A DNA stretch of 63,460 bases, the filler included, from Stramenopiles sp. TOSAG23-2 (taxonomy: Eukaryota): the NCBI GenBank assembly GCA_900128395.1. It is 22 parts of 22 records of this genome, joined end to end, with 100 filler letters (N's around TTAATTAATTAA, not from the genome) between each part and the next. Parts side by side here need not be neighbours in the genome. Positions count along the whole stretch, not along the records: positions 43,039 to 45,999 come from LT651441.1; positions 46,100 to 49,054 come from LT651442.1; positions 49,155 to 52,107 come from LT651443.1; positions 52,208 to 55,160 come from LT651444.1; positions 55,261 to 58,210 come from LT651445.1; positions 58,311 to 61,259 come from LT651446.1; 16 more parts are not named here. One strand, 5' to 3'. The translations under genes were made by a program, and so were the position numbers. A model generated the notes under the pieces. The model saw nothing but the letters and a program-made list of their open reading frames with translations, had not been told where the DNA came from and ran no database searches. This document shows, in pieces, positions 45,998 through 59,031 of the stretch; position 1 is the stretch's first letter, and each line of letters starts with the position of its first letter.

Positions 45998-46099
45998 TGN
46001 NNNNNNNNNNNNNNNNNNNNNNNNNNNNNNNNNNNNNNNNNNNTTAATTAATTAANNNNNNNNNNNNNNNNNNNNNNNNNNNNNNNNNNNNNNNNNNNN

Positions 46100-47833
46100 T
46101 GGTGGTTATCATACGTGTGTTATTTTAAATGATGATACTGTTAAATGTTGGGGGAAAGGAGGGAGACTTGGTTATGGTGGGGGGGGCTCTCGTGGAGGCG
46201 AACCCAATGAAATGGGAGACAATTTACCAACGGTTGATTTAGGAACAGGTAAGACAGCAAAACAAATCGTTGCTGGTGGTTATCATACGTGTGTTATTTT
46301 AAATGATGATACTGTTAAATGTTGGGGGACCAACTGTTGATTTAGGAACAGGTAAGACAGCAAAACAAATCGTTGCTGGTGGTTGTTGCTGGTGGTTATC
46401 ATACGTGTGTTATTTTAAATGATGATACTGTTAAATGTTGGGGGTATGGATACTTTGGGCAACTTGGGTATGGTGATACAAATAATCGAGGAGACGCACC
46501 CAATACAATGGGAAATAATCTACCAACTGTTGATTTAGGAACAGGTAAGACAGCAAAACAAATCGTTGCTGGTGGTTACGGTGCTGGTGGTGATCATACG
46601 TGTGTTATTTTAAATGATGATACTGTTAAATGTTGGGGGTATGGATACTTTGGGCAACTTGGGTATGGTGATACAGATAATCGAGGAGACGCACCCAATG
46701 AAATGGGAGATAATCTACCAACTGTTGATTTAGGAACAGGTAAGACAGCAAAACAAATCGTTGCTGGTGGTTCGAAAACGTGTGTTATTTTAAATGATGA
46801 TACTATTAAATGTTGGGGGAATGGATTCTCTGGGCAACTTGGTTATGGTGATACAGATAATCGAGGAGACGCACCCAATGAAATGGGAAATAATTTACTA
46901 CTAGTGTTGCCATATACATGCGTTGCTGGGAAATATTCACCAATGGGTTCACAGACGGCATGTCAAATTTGTGATGCTGGTAGTGTAACAGATACATTAT
47001 CATATTCTGGTGGAAGAACATGCGACCGCTGTTTTCCTGGAGAGTATTCACCAAATTCCCAAACGGCATGTCAAAATTGTGATGCTGGTAGTGTAACAGA
47101 TACATTATCATCTTCTGGTGGATCTACATGCACTCCCTGTGTAGCTGGAACATATTCACCAAATTCCCAAACAGCATGTCAAAATTGTGATGCTGGTAAA
47201 TATTCTACCGCTGTTGGTGCAACGAGTGATGCGACATGTCAAAATTGTGATGCTGGTAAATATTCACCAAATTCAGAGACAGCTTGTCAAAATTGTGATG
47301 CTGGTAGTGTAACAGATACATTATCATCATCTGGTGGATCTACATGCACTTCCTGTGTTTCTGGAACATATTCACCAAATTCACAAACAGCATGTTCAAA
47401 ATGGAAAGTTTGTAGCGCTGGAAATAAACGTATAGAGGGAAATACATCCAGTGATGCCACTTGTTCAAGTTGTAGCATAGGGAAATTCCAACCCACAAAT
47501 GACTTTACTGGAACGGAATGTACATGGTGGAAAACATGTGATGTTGGTAAGCACCGTGTAGATGGCAATACGATAGTAGATGCCTTTTGCACCAGTTGTA
47601 GTTTAGGATACTATCAATCTAAACCCGACTTCAATGGAACGGAATGCACAAAATGGACAAAATGTAAAGAGAATGAAGTTACGTCGACGGAAGGCACCGA
47701 CACTAGTGATCGTGTATGTATGTCTGCGACAGCAACAGCATCAACAGCTATTCCTGCTAAAAGGCTGTCACCAACAATAATAACAATTATATTACTATTT
47801 CATATTGTCTATTTTAGAGTTTATGATAACTGA
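46100..47833 (+). CDS. RCC1/BLIP-II repeat protein with Cys-rich (GCC2/TNFR-like) stalk and C-terminal hydrophobic (GPI-like) signal; 5'-truncated, disrupted near 46330
   Basis: AGGYHTCVILNDDTVKCWGYGYFGQLG repeats; CQNCDAGKYS repeats; terminal TIITIILLFHIVYF. Confidence 0.85.
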
Positions 47834-48370
47834 AGAAGATATAAAGGCTTGAATCAACCGTTACAAAAAGATAAGGGGAGAATTTATTTCGCTTGAGAAA
47901 AGGGAGGATTCGTCACAATCGCCTCCCCTTCGTTGGAATCAAAGAAATAGATGGCTTGAAAGCGTAGAGATGCTCCCCTGAAATGCCATCTCCATGCATT
48001 TAGGTGTCATGTAGTCATCTAGTTGATTGTATGCAGTTGGAATAAAATTTATTTAAAAAAAGATAATTGTATTTTTTTGTATCTTCTTTTATACAGGTGT
48101 TTGTGTATGTCGTTGTAATTATCATTTACAACACATCTTTTTTTCTAATCGGATATTTCCATCAATTTTAAGGAGTTTCTTCAAAGAAGTCAAAATTTCC
48201 TTCTGTGAAAATATTTTTTCTTCAGTTTTTGTGTAGCATCTACATACCATTGAAAAATGAAAAAAAATTAGGAAATCGAAAACAAAATCTGAGGTTCAGT
48301 CGCTAGCAGGCAAATAGCATCGGAATATGTAACAACATTATCGCAGCAGGGGCTTTTTTCACTTTTTGGT

Positions 48371-48569
48371 TATGAACACAGCAGGGGCTACATCCGTCGC
48401 CTGTTTCATATGAACACAGCAGGGGCCATTTCGTCACCTGTTGCATATCAACACAGCAGGGGCTAAATCCGTTCCTGTTATATGAACACAGCAGGGCCTA
48501 CATCCGTTTCCTGTTATATCAACATAGCAGGGGCCTTTTCGTCCCTGTTGCATATGAACATAGCAGGGC
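48371..48569. repeat. Minisatellite of six 35-38 bp units, most able to form a hairpin
   Basis: TAT(G/C)AACA(C/T)AGCAGGG starts at 48371, 48409, 48446, 48481, 48517 and 48553, followed (except the last) by a variable loop and GT..CCTGTT. Confidence 0.9.
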
Positions 48570-48716
48570 AACACTAGAGATAGTTGCCATGCTGCATCAT
48601 GCTGCCATGATTTTAGCAATAGTGCACTATACTCAACCACGCCCCTCCAAGCCGCGGGACACAAAAGAATACCTTTTTTAAGTACGACATACATTTAATT
48701 ACATAGGCAAAAAAAT

Positions 48717-48827
48717 TGTGGAGAGTTCAAACTCTCCACAATGTCTTGATAGGATTGTGGAGAGTTGTTAGAATATAAAAACTGTAGGTGGAGAGTGTGG
48801 AGAGTTTGTGGAGAGTTCAACTCTCCA
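48717..48827. repeat. Cluster of TGGAGAGT motifs including two palindromic pairs
   Basis: TTGTGGAGAGTTCAAACTCTCCACAA and GTGGAGAGTGTGGAGAGTTTGTGGAGAGTTCAACTCTCCA. Confidence 0.75.
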
Positions 48828-49154
48828 TTTTTGTACCTCCCGGGACACAAAATTAAGTATGACTTAAACAATAGGAAAAGTAAAAACCCTATCAAGATAA
48901 TAAAAATTAACACAAATCCAATGCTGAGTAATTTATTTCTAAAATTTCATATATGGCGAAAAATGTGTAAATTATCTAAAATACTTTATGATAGGAATAT
49001 CAAATATATGAAACACTCTCAGCTGCTTGATGTTGTTATTCATACTTGTTAGAGNNNNNNNNNNNNNNNNNNNNNNNNNNNNNNNNNNNNNNNNNNNNTT
49101 AATTAATTAANNNNNNNNNNNNNNNNNNNNNNNNNNNNNNNNNNNNNNNNNNNN

Positions 49155-51970
49155 CAGCGAGGGAAAATTTAATTTCTGAATTATACAAAAATGATGAACT
49201 TGTACCGGTACACATTAAGGTTCATGATTCTACTGGTCAAATAAAGGGTAACCGTAAATACATGCCTCGTGACGTAAAATTTACAATAAAATACTTTACT
49301 GAAATTCTACCAATGGGTGGAAGTAAAAAGAAAATTGTTTCGGCAGCGTTAAGTGTTGGACGCTTCGAGGAACTTCCCGATCCAGATCTTTGCAATTTTG
49401 AGTGCCAATTTCAGCGTAGACATTATTATNNNNNNNNNNNNNNNNNNNNNNNNNNNNNNNNNNNNNNNNNNNNNNNNNNNNNNNNNNNNNNNNNNNNNNN
49501 NNNNNNNNNNNNNNNNNNNNNNNNNNNNNNNNNNNNNNNNNNNNNNNNNTTAGAATGCAAGAAATGACGTTTTATGAGATGATTGAAAAGTTTGGATTAT
49601 CGGATACAGCTTATTTTTTTGTAGCATTCTTGCTCTCATTGATGTTGTTCTTAATAGTATTTTGTACATGGTACAGGGTTGCTCCAAGGCGCAAAGAAGG
49701 GGCTATAACGGCAGTCAGTTACTTGAAGAAAATGAGGAAAGAAAAACTTGATGAGTTTGGTCAGATTATTAAAATCGTCACTAAGCAGAAAAGAGGAAAG
49801 AAAACTGCTGAAGAGGCAAGTGATAAAGAAGTTGAAACATTTTTGAGAAGGCGATTAGGGTTATTCTATGAAAAGGATACTTTCCGAAGCTTACGAACGC
49901 GATTAAAAGTAGGTTCAAGAGCTGATAAGATGCTGCGAGATTTGTCACGAAAATACCGCACAGTATGGAGCATTTATGTTATGCGGTTTCTAAACCCATT
50001 TATGGCTGGGTTTGGAGGCCTGCTTTTATTTTATTTTGTTACAGTAGGGTGGACAATTGCGTTGTATCATAAAGCTGGTTTGGGTGGAATATTTACAGAC
50101 TTAGTACCTACGAACCCAGCGCTAATCCGAAATATATATGAGCTGACGTTGCCTAGGTGCTTAGATAGACGTGATCGGGGAGAACAAATAGATGCTGGTA
50201 ACAATTGCCTAACTGAATATTTCATCAATTTCAACCGAGGTATACGTATTGCTTTTCTTTTGTGGTTTGTTGGTGGGATGGCAGGAATGATTTCTTCTTA
50301 TATGTTTGTGTACCATATGCCACCAGACCCTAAGCCAACAAAAATTGTTGGCAAAAAAGCAAAAAAAGCAAAAGTGGTTGTTGATCGTTCTGAAATAATA
50401 AAGGAAACTTCCTGGAAATGGTACCATTACTATGTATTTTTATTCACTTCACAATGGATATGTTTGGGTATAATTGATACTTCTTCGATGCTCTACGCTG
50501 AATTTGGCCCGATGTGCTATTACGCCATGTTTATTCTTTTAAAATGCACTCGAAGTTTTGTCCTCAATCCCCTACTAAACACGATTGCAGAGGATGAATT
50601 ACAAGCATGTGGATTAAGGGCGACTTACATTGTCATAGAATTTTTAGTAACAATAACCGCTAAACTTCCGTTTGTCCAATTTTGCTTTGTGACTCAAATG
50701 TTACTGTTCCTTGAAATAATTTCAATTTGGAATGACAGTTTATTAAAGGAACACATAGACAAATGCTTTAAGAATACAGAAATTACTAGAGAAGCTCTAC
50801 GAGAAGATGGCAAGGAGAGCAAGAAAAGAAAATCTTATGAAATTGCACTACCGGATAGTCTGAAACAAACCAAGGTATTGCGATTGTTTATAAATATTTC
50901 AGTGATTTTATGCGCCTATGTGGCATATTTTTTGATTTTGACGATCTTATCGATTTTCCCAAAAGAATATGCAAGGTTTACAGTAAGATGGCAACATGTG
51001 ATAGTTGTTTTTGGAAACATACCATTCCTACCATTAATAGCATACTATTTAATTGATATAGAGGAGAAACATTCTGATTCTGGGACATATGCACTAATGG
51101 ATTTATGGGCCAATGTTGCGCGTGGCGATGTATTGGGGAGATTCAATTGGATTAACGCAATAGGAAGAGGAGTAACACCAGCTTTATTAGAAGAACGATA
51201 TGAACCAAATGAAAAGATTCCCGATGTGCATCTTTTAGAATTAACTAGTTGTGTTTTTGTCCCGATAGCACAACATCCTAATTTAGAACTTGAAGAAAAA
51301 TACAGAGAAACTGAAAAATTGGGTTTCACCATGAGATATTTCTTAGGAATTTTTTTTCAATGTTTCGGTGCTGTGCTGATGACTATTAATATGAGTGGGA
51401 ATATGATATCTTGGCCAACAGTAGATATGGTTGGATACATTTTTGCCATTTTATCATTAATTATGATGCGATACATCTTCAATAATATAGTCCCGTCTCT
51501 AATGATTTCTATGAAAGTGTAAGTATTTCATTAACTAGCCATTTATTATATTTTGAAGACTAACAATTTTCTCACTTTACATTGACGAAAGCACGATATC
51601 CCATAAACAATTTGTAGAAAAAAAAATAAGCAAGTATGCTGCTTCAGAAGAAGACAAAACTGCGATGCGTAGAAAAGCTGTTGAAAGTTTGCTTGGCCGT
51701 TTACATAAGTTTAGAAGTGAAGGCAAGCCTGATTCTCAACTTGTAAAAATGTTAAAAGCTAGAGCGAGGGATTTCATTGGAGATCAAATTCAGCGAGAAG
51801 ACGAGTTAATTCGATTAGTTCGAGAAGAAAAAGAACAAAAGGAAAATGCGGCTGTAAAAGAGAGTATTGAACAGGCCAAACAAAAATTGCTAGATCAACA
51901 ATTTGCAGATCCAAGTGATTGGCCCATAGAATTGCTGGGAGACAAATATTTGGGTCAAGAGAGTTGTTAA
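49155..51970 (+). CDS. Multi-pass membrane hypothetical protein (5'-truncated, internal N gap), last intron 51519-51591
   Basis: ORF 49555..51522 has many TM segments. A 73-nt GTAAGT...GACTAAC...AAG intron joins it in frame to ORF 51665..51970. Confidence 0.75.
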
Positions 51971-51997
51971 TATCGTACATCTACTTAACCTCATATC

Positions 51998-52102
51998 AGG
52001 AATTATCATGTGAGTAAATTTAAAACAATAAAATTATGCGTAAATTAAAATGATATATATTTTAATTTACGCATAATTTATTGTTTTAATTTACTCATGA
52101 TA
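51998..52102. repeat. Dispersed repeat family A, copy 3, as an imperfect inverted pair
   Basis: AGGAATTATCATGTGAGTAAATTTAAAACAATAAAATTATGCGTAAATTAAAAT followed by its near reverse complement. Confidence 0.8.
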
Positions 52103-52207
52103 CTATANNNNNNNNNNNNNNNNNNNNNNNNNNNNNNNNNNNNNNNNNNNNTTAATTAATTAANNNNNNNNNNNNNNNNNNNNNNNNNNNNNNNNNNNNN
52201 NNNNNNN

Positions 52208-55107
52208 TTGATGCAACGGAAGAAGAAGAAATAGCACAAAATTACGAGATAGAAGGATTTCCTACAATTAAACTATTTCGTAACGGAAATCCTGAAGATT
52301 ACAATAGTGGTAGGGAAACAGATGACTTTATTGAATTTTGTGAAAACGTGAATTTACCTACAACTGTTGAATTAAATGATGAAGAGGCTGTCAAAAAATT
52401 TATGGAGGATGCTGGTGCATCACTTATTTTATTTTTAAATGATGCAGAAAGTAGTAGTGACAATACGAAAAAACAGGCCTTTATGGAAGTTGCTAGGGAA
52501 TTTAAAGATGAATATCCTTTTGGTATTGTGGAAGATAAAAAGATACTTCAAAAATATGGAAAGGAAATGAAGTATGAAACATTTAAAAGTTTTATCTTGT
52601 TATCTACAGATTTTGGCGGATCAAAATATACTTTTGATAAAGATTTTGAAAAAGAAAAAATAGCATTATTCTTAAATGTTTATGCCTTACCTCTTGTTCC
52701 AACATGGAATGAGGAAACTGCAAATTCTATATTCAGAAGAGTTGAATATTTCCTTTTTTCTTTTCGTAATAGCGATGAATCACAAGAAGAAAAACATTAT
52801 GAAATAACGAGGAAAAGAATGGAACCATTAGCTGCATTACATCGCCCTAAAATAGCATCTGGTGATCTTACAGGGGTAACATTTATCGATGTTAACGTAA
52901 AAGGTAATCCAGAAGGCGAAGATTTAGCTAAATTTTTTGAAATCGATGTTGAAAACTCTAAATTTCCTCTTTATCGTGGTATTAAAATGTCACAAGAAGG
53001 TGCTATCGATAGATTTCTTCCACCCGCTGGAGGTTTAAACAATCCTGAAGATATGCAATCTTTTATTGATGATTTTACTTCTGGTAAATTAAAAGCAGTA
53101 TTAAAATCTGAAGCTGTACCAACTGATAATGATGAAAACAACGTAAAAGTACTTGTTGGGGATACTTTCAATAAGTGGGTGAATAAGAAAGGGAAAGATG
53201 TTCTTGTAAAATTTTACGCACCATGGTGTGGTCATTGCAAGGCAATGGCACCTACGTATGAAAAGTTAGGTGAAATATTTGCAGATGTTGATCATGTAGT
53301 CATTGGTAAAATTGATGCAACAATGAATGATTTACGTTACGATGGTGTAGATATACAAGGATTTCCCACATTGTATCTTTTTTCAGATGCTGCTGCTGCC
53401 GATAATGATGATGATAACATACCCGTTGATGATGATAAAAAAGAAAGTGGAAAAAAGAAAGTTACATTATTCGATAAAGACCGAACATTAAAAGGCATGT
53501 TGGAATTTCTCTCGACAAACGCACAAAAATATGAACTATCACAGAAAGCACTTGATATCATTGCTGCTCATGGAGATGAGGAGGAAACGCCAAGTGATGG
53601 AGAGGATGTGGATGAAGTTGTGGATGAAACGAATGTAGCTGTTTTGTCATCGGAAACGTTTAAATCTACAATAGCAGAGAATGAATTTGTTTTGGTTGAA
53701 TTTTTTGCCCCGTGGTGCGGTCATTGTAAAGCATTGAAACCAGAATATGCAGCTGCTGCGGATATATTAAAAGATTCGAATCCAAATGTTATCGTGGCAA
53801 AGATAGATGCAACTGCAAATGAGAAAATTGCACAAAAATATGAAGTACAAGGATATCCAACTTTTAAATTTTTTAAAAATGGAACAGCAAGTGATTTTCA
53901 CGGAGGAAGAGATGTACAAAGTATTGTGAATTATGTAAAGACTAATTTACGCCCAACATTGACAATTATCGATGATATGGATGTAATGGATAATTTTTTA
54001 AGTCAAGCGGAAGGTACAAATATACTTTTCTCTTCCTTTGGTGAAGATTCAACATCTAAATCTGTGGAGAAGTTTTTCAAAAGTGCTGCATTAAGCGATC
54101 AATTAACATCGTATGCTATTGTTCCACGTGAAAATAATAAAGACGTAATTAGTTATGTGGAAAATGCATATAATATTCAATTTGAATCATCGCAACTTTC
54201 GTATGTATTTTTTGCATCTTTAAATACGAAAACAAATGATAATGATGTTTTTGAAATGGATTTGATGAATGTCAAAGGTCCGGAGGATTTCATGTCTTTT
54301 ACATCTATTGTTCGCTTACCAACAGTAACCGTTTGGAATGAAATGCAAGCAGAAGCATTATTTTCTGGTTTACAAGAAGACTTTCTTTTTGGATTTGTCA
54401 AAACGCTTGATGGTTCTTCTCTTTATGAGGAAATGAAGGACATTTGTCCAAGATTGCGAAAATTTGATATGAAGAGGAAATTTGCTTGTGTCATCGTTGA
54501 ATATACAGATGAGAACAAAGATATGATGGAATTCTTTCAAGTCAATGAAGAATCGTTATTACCTACATACCGTGGTGTTCATTTGGGTACATCTGATACA
54601 GAAGAAGTCAGCATGTTTCCAGCAGATGAAGGAAGTGATATATATAAATATGTTCACGATATTATTGACGGGAAAATTCAGAAAATGGAAATGCCAGAAA
54701 ACAATGGTGGTGCAGAAGAGGAAGAAGCAGACGATCCAAATTCAAATGTAGTGGTATTGACTCCAGATAACTGGGATTCTGTTGTTATGAACAGTAACAA
54801 AGATGTCTTGGTCGAATTTTATGCTCCTTGGTGTGGTCATTGCAAACAATTAAAACCCATATATGAGCTAGTTGCCAATGATTTTGTTGAAAATGAATTT
54901 GTTACGATTGCAAAAATAAATGCTGACAAGCATGAAATTCCTGGGATCGAGATCGAAGGCTTTCCAACAATTAAGCTATTTAAACATAGTGATAAAAAGA
55001 AGCCGATTGAATACGAAGGTATGGGACGCTCAAAACTTGATATTATTAAGTTTGTGAATGAAAATGGGGATGAAGGTATTGAACTCAGTGAAAAAAATGA
55101 GCTATAA
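52208..55107 (+). CDS. Protein disulfide isomerase with doubled (a-b-b'-a')2 architecture, 5'-truncated
   Basis: Three APWCGHCK motifs plus an upstream partial a-domain (DATEEEEIAQNYEIEGFPTIKLF); C-terminal KNEL resembles an ER-retention signal. Confidence 0.92.
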
Positions 55108-55541
55108 AAAAAAAAAAGAAAAGGAACAAAAAGATTTTTGTTTCATGAATTTGGGGTCGANNNNNNNNNNNNNNNNNNNNNNNNNNNNNNNNNNNNNNNN
55201 NNNNTTAATTAATTAANNNNNNNNNNNNNNNNNNNNNNNNNNNNNNNNNNNNNNNNNNNNTTTTTACTTGTCCTTTAATGAATTTAACGAGAGGATTATT
55301 AGTGGATTTCAAAACGACGTTTAATTTAAGTATTAATTTAGTGTACTAATTTATGTATATTTGATAGAGATGTATTGGATATTACCAAAAATCGGATATT
55401 CTTATAGGTTATTCAATATAACTATTATAGGTATTGCACCATTGGTTATTTTTGGATTTTTTGAAAAAAAGAAAAAGGAAGGTGCGAGAGAGAGAGAGAG
55501 TTAGAGTGTAAAAAATTCCGTTTACACGTGTGTAATTAAAA

Positions 55542-58210
55542 CTATTTCTTTTTAACACCTTTCACGACAAGTCTTTTACCTCTTCTTTTTTGTCTATAAT
55601 ATCTACGTCTTCGCCTCTTTCGTCTTGTACCGGAATACCATAACATCAATAATTTACCAATTTGACTGCTAACTCTGTAAGGTTCACCTGCACGTCTGGC
55701 TAATTCACATAAATTCATATCCTGTTTAAATGCTGCTGCACTTATTTTATTAGAATATTGTGTATCCTTTGCACCACTTTCCTCGGTATTTGAATTGTTA
55801 CGAGGAGCAATTGCTTGCGGCCCTTTCCCAGCCTCTTCTGATTCTTTTGCTTTTAAAGCTGCAGCAGCTGATTTTCTTTGTAGCTCATACTCTGCAGCTT
55901 CTTTTTGCTTTTGGATAATTTGTTGAAATTGAGAATACGCCCATGTTTCAGATGCTAGATCAATTACTGCTTGATACCCTTCTGTCATAAATGCAATTAA
56001 CAAATTTAATATCAAAATGACACCAGTCGTTAATACAAATACAAAAATGAGTGGACTAATTACCGGTGCAGCACGTTCCATAGTTAAAAATTGAAAGCCT
56101 TGAGTTGTTATGCCACCATACATGGCCACCATACTTTTTGTAATAGTGCCAAATTCTTCACCGACTTCAACCCCAATTGAAAATAAGCCAAATGAACCAT
56201 ACATTACCAAGAAAATTAAAAATATTAACAAAAAATAACGTAATTTATCTAATTGTTGAAATATAATCATAGACATCCTGGCAACAGATGGTAGCCAGTC
56301 AAATAAACTTAATAATCTTAATGCGCAAAATACCATGGATATTGATACTAGCTTTGTATAAAAACTAGTATGATAATTTAAGTCTACATGTTTTTCTGGG
56401 AATATATTATCAAGATTACTATTTCCTAATTGCTGCTCGGATATAAGTGTTGAAAGCTTCACCTCGATGTTGATACGTTCGATAATTATTATCGTTAAGA
56501 TGATCATGCAAATTGATTTAATGCATTTTCGTAATGAAGTACCTAGCATATATATAAAACGAGGTACACGAAAACTATGGCCAAATAAGGAGATCCTTGT
56601 TTTATCATCAGCTTTTTCTACTTGCCATTTTGACTCTTCTGTGACAGGAATACCATAAAATCCACCTCCATATGCTCCTGTTGGACGCCAACCAAACAAC
56701 TTTTTTTTCGTTTTGGTTTGATAATAATAGTATTCTTTACGTTCCCCAATACTATGGCCAAAATCACATATAAATGCCTTTTCATGTTTGTCTCTCCATT
56801 TTTTACAGTACTCTCTTGTAAATAAATAGAAAAGAAAATAGAAATACAGGAGTACAAATACGCCGGCAGATATAATTGGGACAACTTCATCAAAGGATTG
56901 ACGCCATACACGTACAATGTAAGATGGTTTTATACTACCTGCTGAGAAAAATTCTAAAACCAATGTAACCGAGCCTAGTAATTTTTCTTCCTCATTGATA
57001 ACTACAAACTCTGTTATGACGGCTCTTGTATTTAAATCGATCCAATTATCATTCTGTAATTCTTTATTTAGGATAGACGCACCAGTAGCATTAGTAGGAA
57101 CCAATACAATATAACCTCCCCCATGATATTGATGAAGATTTTCGCTTCCATATGAATATGGAACAAAATTTGCTTTTGACCAGGTGTAAATCTTTTTTGA
57201 AAACGTTCCTTGAAAAGATTCTTTATCTTCTGTACTTTCAGAAAAAGGAGGGTAACAGCAATTGTCTGCATTACCATTGGTGTTATTTACCAATACCTTT
57301 GGATACGTCCCTTTTATAGTATTTTTTGAACATTCAATACATTTCACTCGCAGTTGTCGTAATCTAGGAACTCCTACCAGCTTTAAATGGCGTACACATG
57401 GGATATGACCGTTTGATGGCACAGTAACACCTTCATCACTCGTTGTTGAAGATGGTTTGTCACGTGACCAAAAACGATCACTATCAAACAATCCAGGTAT
57501 AAATGCTCCATGGAGAAAATTATAAAAATCTTGTCTTGTATCCGTATCCATATATCTCTTATTTGGTTGTTCTGAGAAGTCATATGGTTTTCCTAGAAAT
57601 CTTGCCACCAACCCATCATGCAATAACCGAGCGTTTGTGTTACTAAATCCAAAACGTTCGAAAGTAGCAAGAAAAAGTGCCAGACATAGCATTAGCCACA
57701 TCAATGATTTTATCATACTTTGACCTTTCGCAACGTTTTCCCATTCCATGTGCACCGCCTTTTGCGTTCGTTTATATCTCCAACATTGATCATTCCAACC
57801 ATCAGACCTATCAGAACTTTCTAAAAGTTGAGATCGTACTTTGGCTAACCACAATACTTTCAGTTCATCATCAAATGGTTCTTTACCAGCATTGCTTAAT
57901 GCATCTAAATCAGCATCTTTGCTCAGTAACAAATGGATAATCCCATCTTGTAATGCACTTTTTCGCTCAAATGTTTCTATATTTGCATTGATATCTAGGG
58001 AGGAAATCAATGATTGCAGTTTATAGACTTTTTCACGGGCAGCTACTATTTTCTTATTTACCTTTACTGGTACCGGCGCACTAGGTGATGGTGGCTCTGC
58101 TAAACATGCTCGCAATAACGATTCCAACTTTCCCTCAATTTCTAAAGCTTCTAAATCCGATAAACCACCAACTAATCTATCATTAAACCATATCTCCGGG
58201 GTGCTACTAT
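55542..58210 (-). CDS. Polycystin-2 (PKD2/TRPP)-like cation channel, 5'-truncated
   Basis: LVGVPRLRQLRV, YHGGGY, WIDLNTRAV, ILILNLLIAFM; S1-S6 TM layout. Confidence 0.9.
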
Positions 58211-59031
58211 NNNNNNNNNNNNNNNNNNNNNNNNNNNNNNNNNNNNNNNNNNNNTTAATTAATTAANNNNNNNNNNNNNNNNNNNNNNNNNNNNNNNNNN
58301 NNNNNNNNNNTATGTCCTGTATTCTCTTACAATGTGGACTATTTTGTCTATTCATTTATTTATTTTAATTTATTATTATTTATTATTGTGATTTTTTTCG
58401 TCACATCATCATCATCATCTCGTCGTCATAAGTTGTGTTTTTTATTATTCGATCAAAAAAAGAGTCACATTTTTTCTCACCAAAAACCAGAAAAATCTAT
58501 GATAAAATATAATATTATTATAGGCAGGTAATAGCACCATCGCCAACAACCAGAGAGTCCAAAATACCCGTTTTGTAACACTGAATATATGCATAATGAT
58601 GATGTGCCTTTTTGGCTTTATTCTCTTCTTGGTTGGCGTAGCTCTAGCTGGGCCAGATGTTGGGTTTTATAGTCTACATGTAGTGCTTGTTGGCCTTCCA
58701 TCAGGCCTTCCATCATCCATCAGGCCTTGTTTCTACTTTGTATAATTTATATAATACTGTACCATAGTAATAGTATGCTGGTATGGTATACTACTCTATA
58801 TATTATTATTCTATCGATATAAAATAATATGTTGAATTTTAAAAAGATATTATTTTAATTATACCTGTTGTTGATGATTCACGTCCATCATCTCCTCCTC
58901 TGAAATACAATAAGGAAAAAAACATATTTTGTTGATACATATGTATATACATCGCCTCTAAAATACAGTAAGGAAAACACATATTATATTGATACAGATA
59001 TTTCCTTTGGAATATAACATTGGTAGAAAAC

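Noticed and set aside
48371..48569. Mini-CRISPR array, and ORF 48434..48694
   Set aside because: The spacers are short and homologous to each other. The ORF just translates the repeat.
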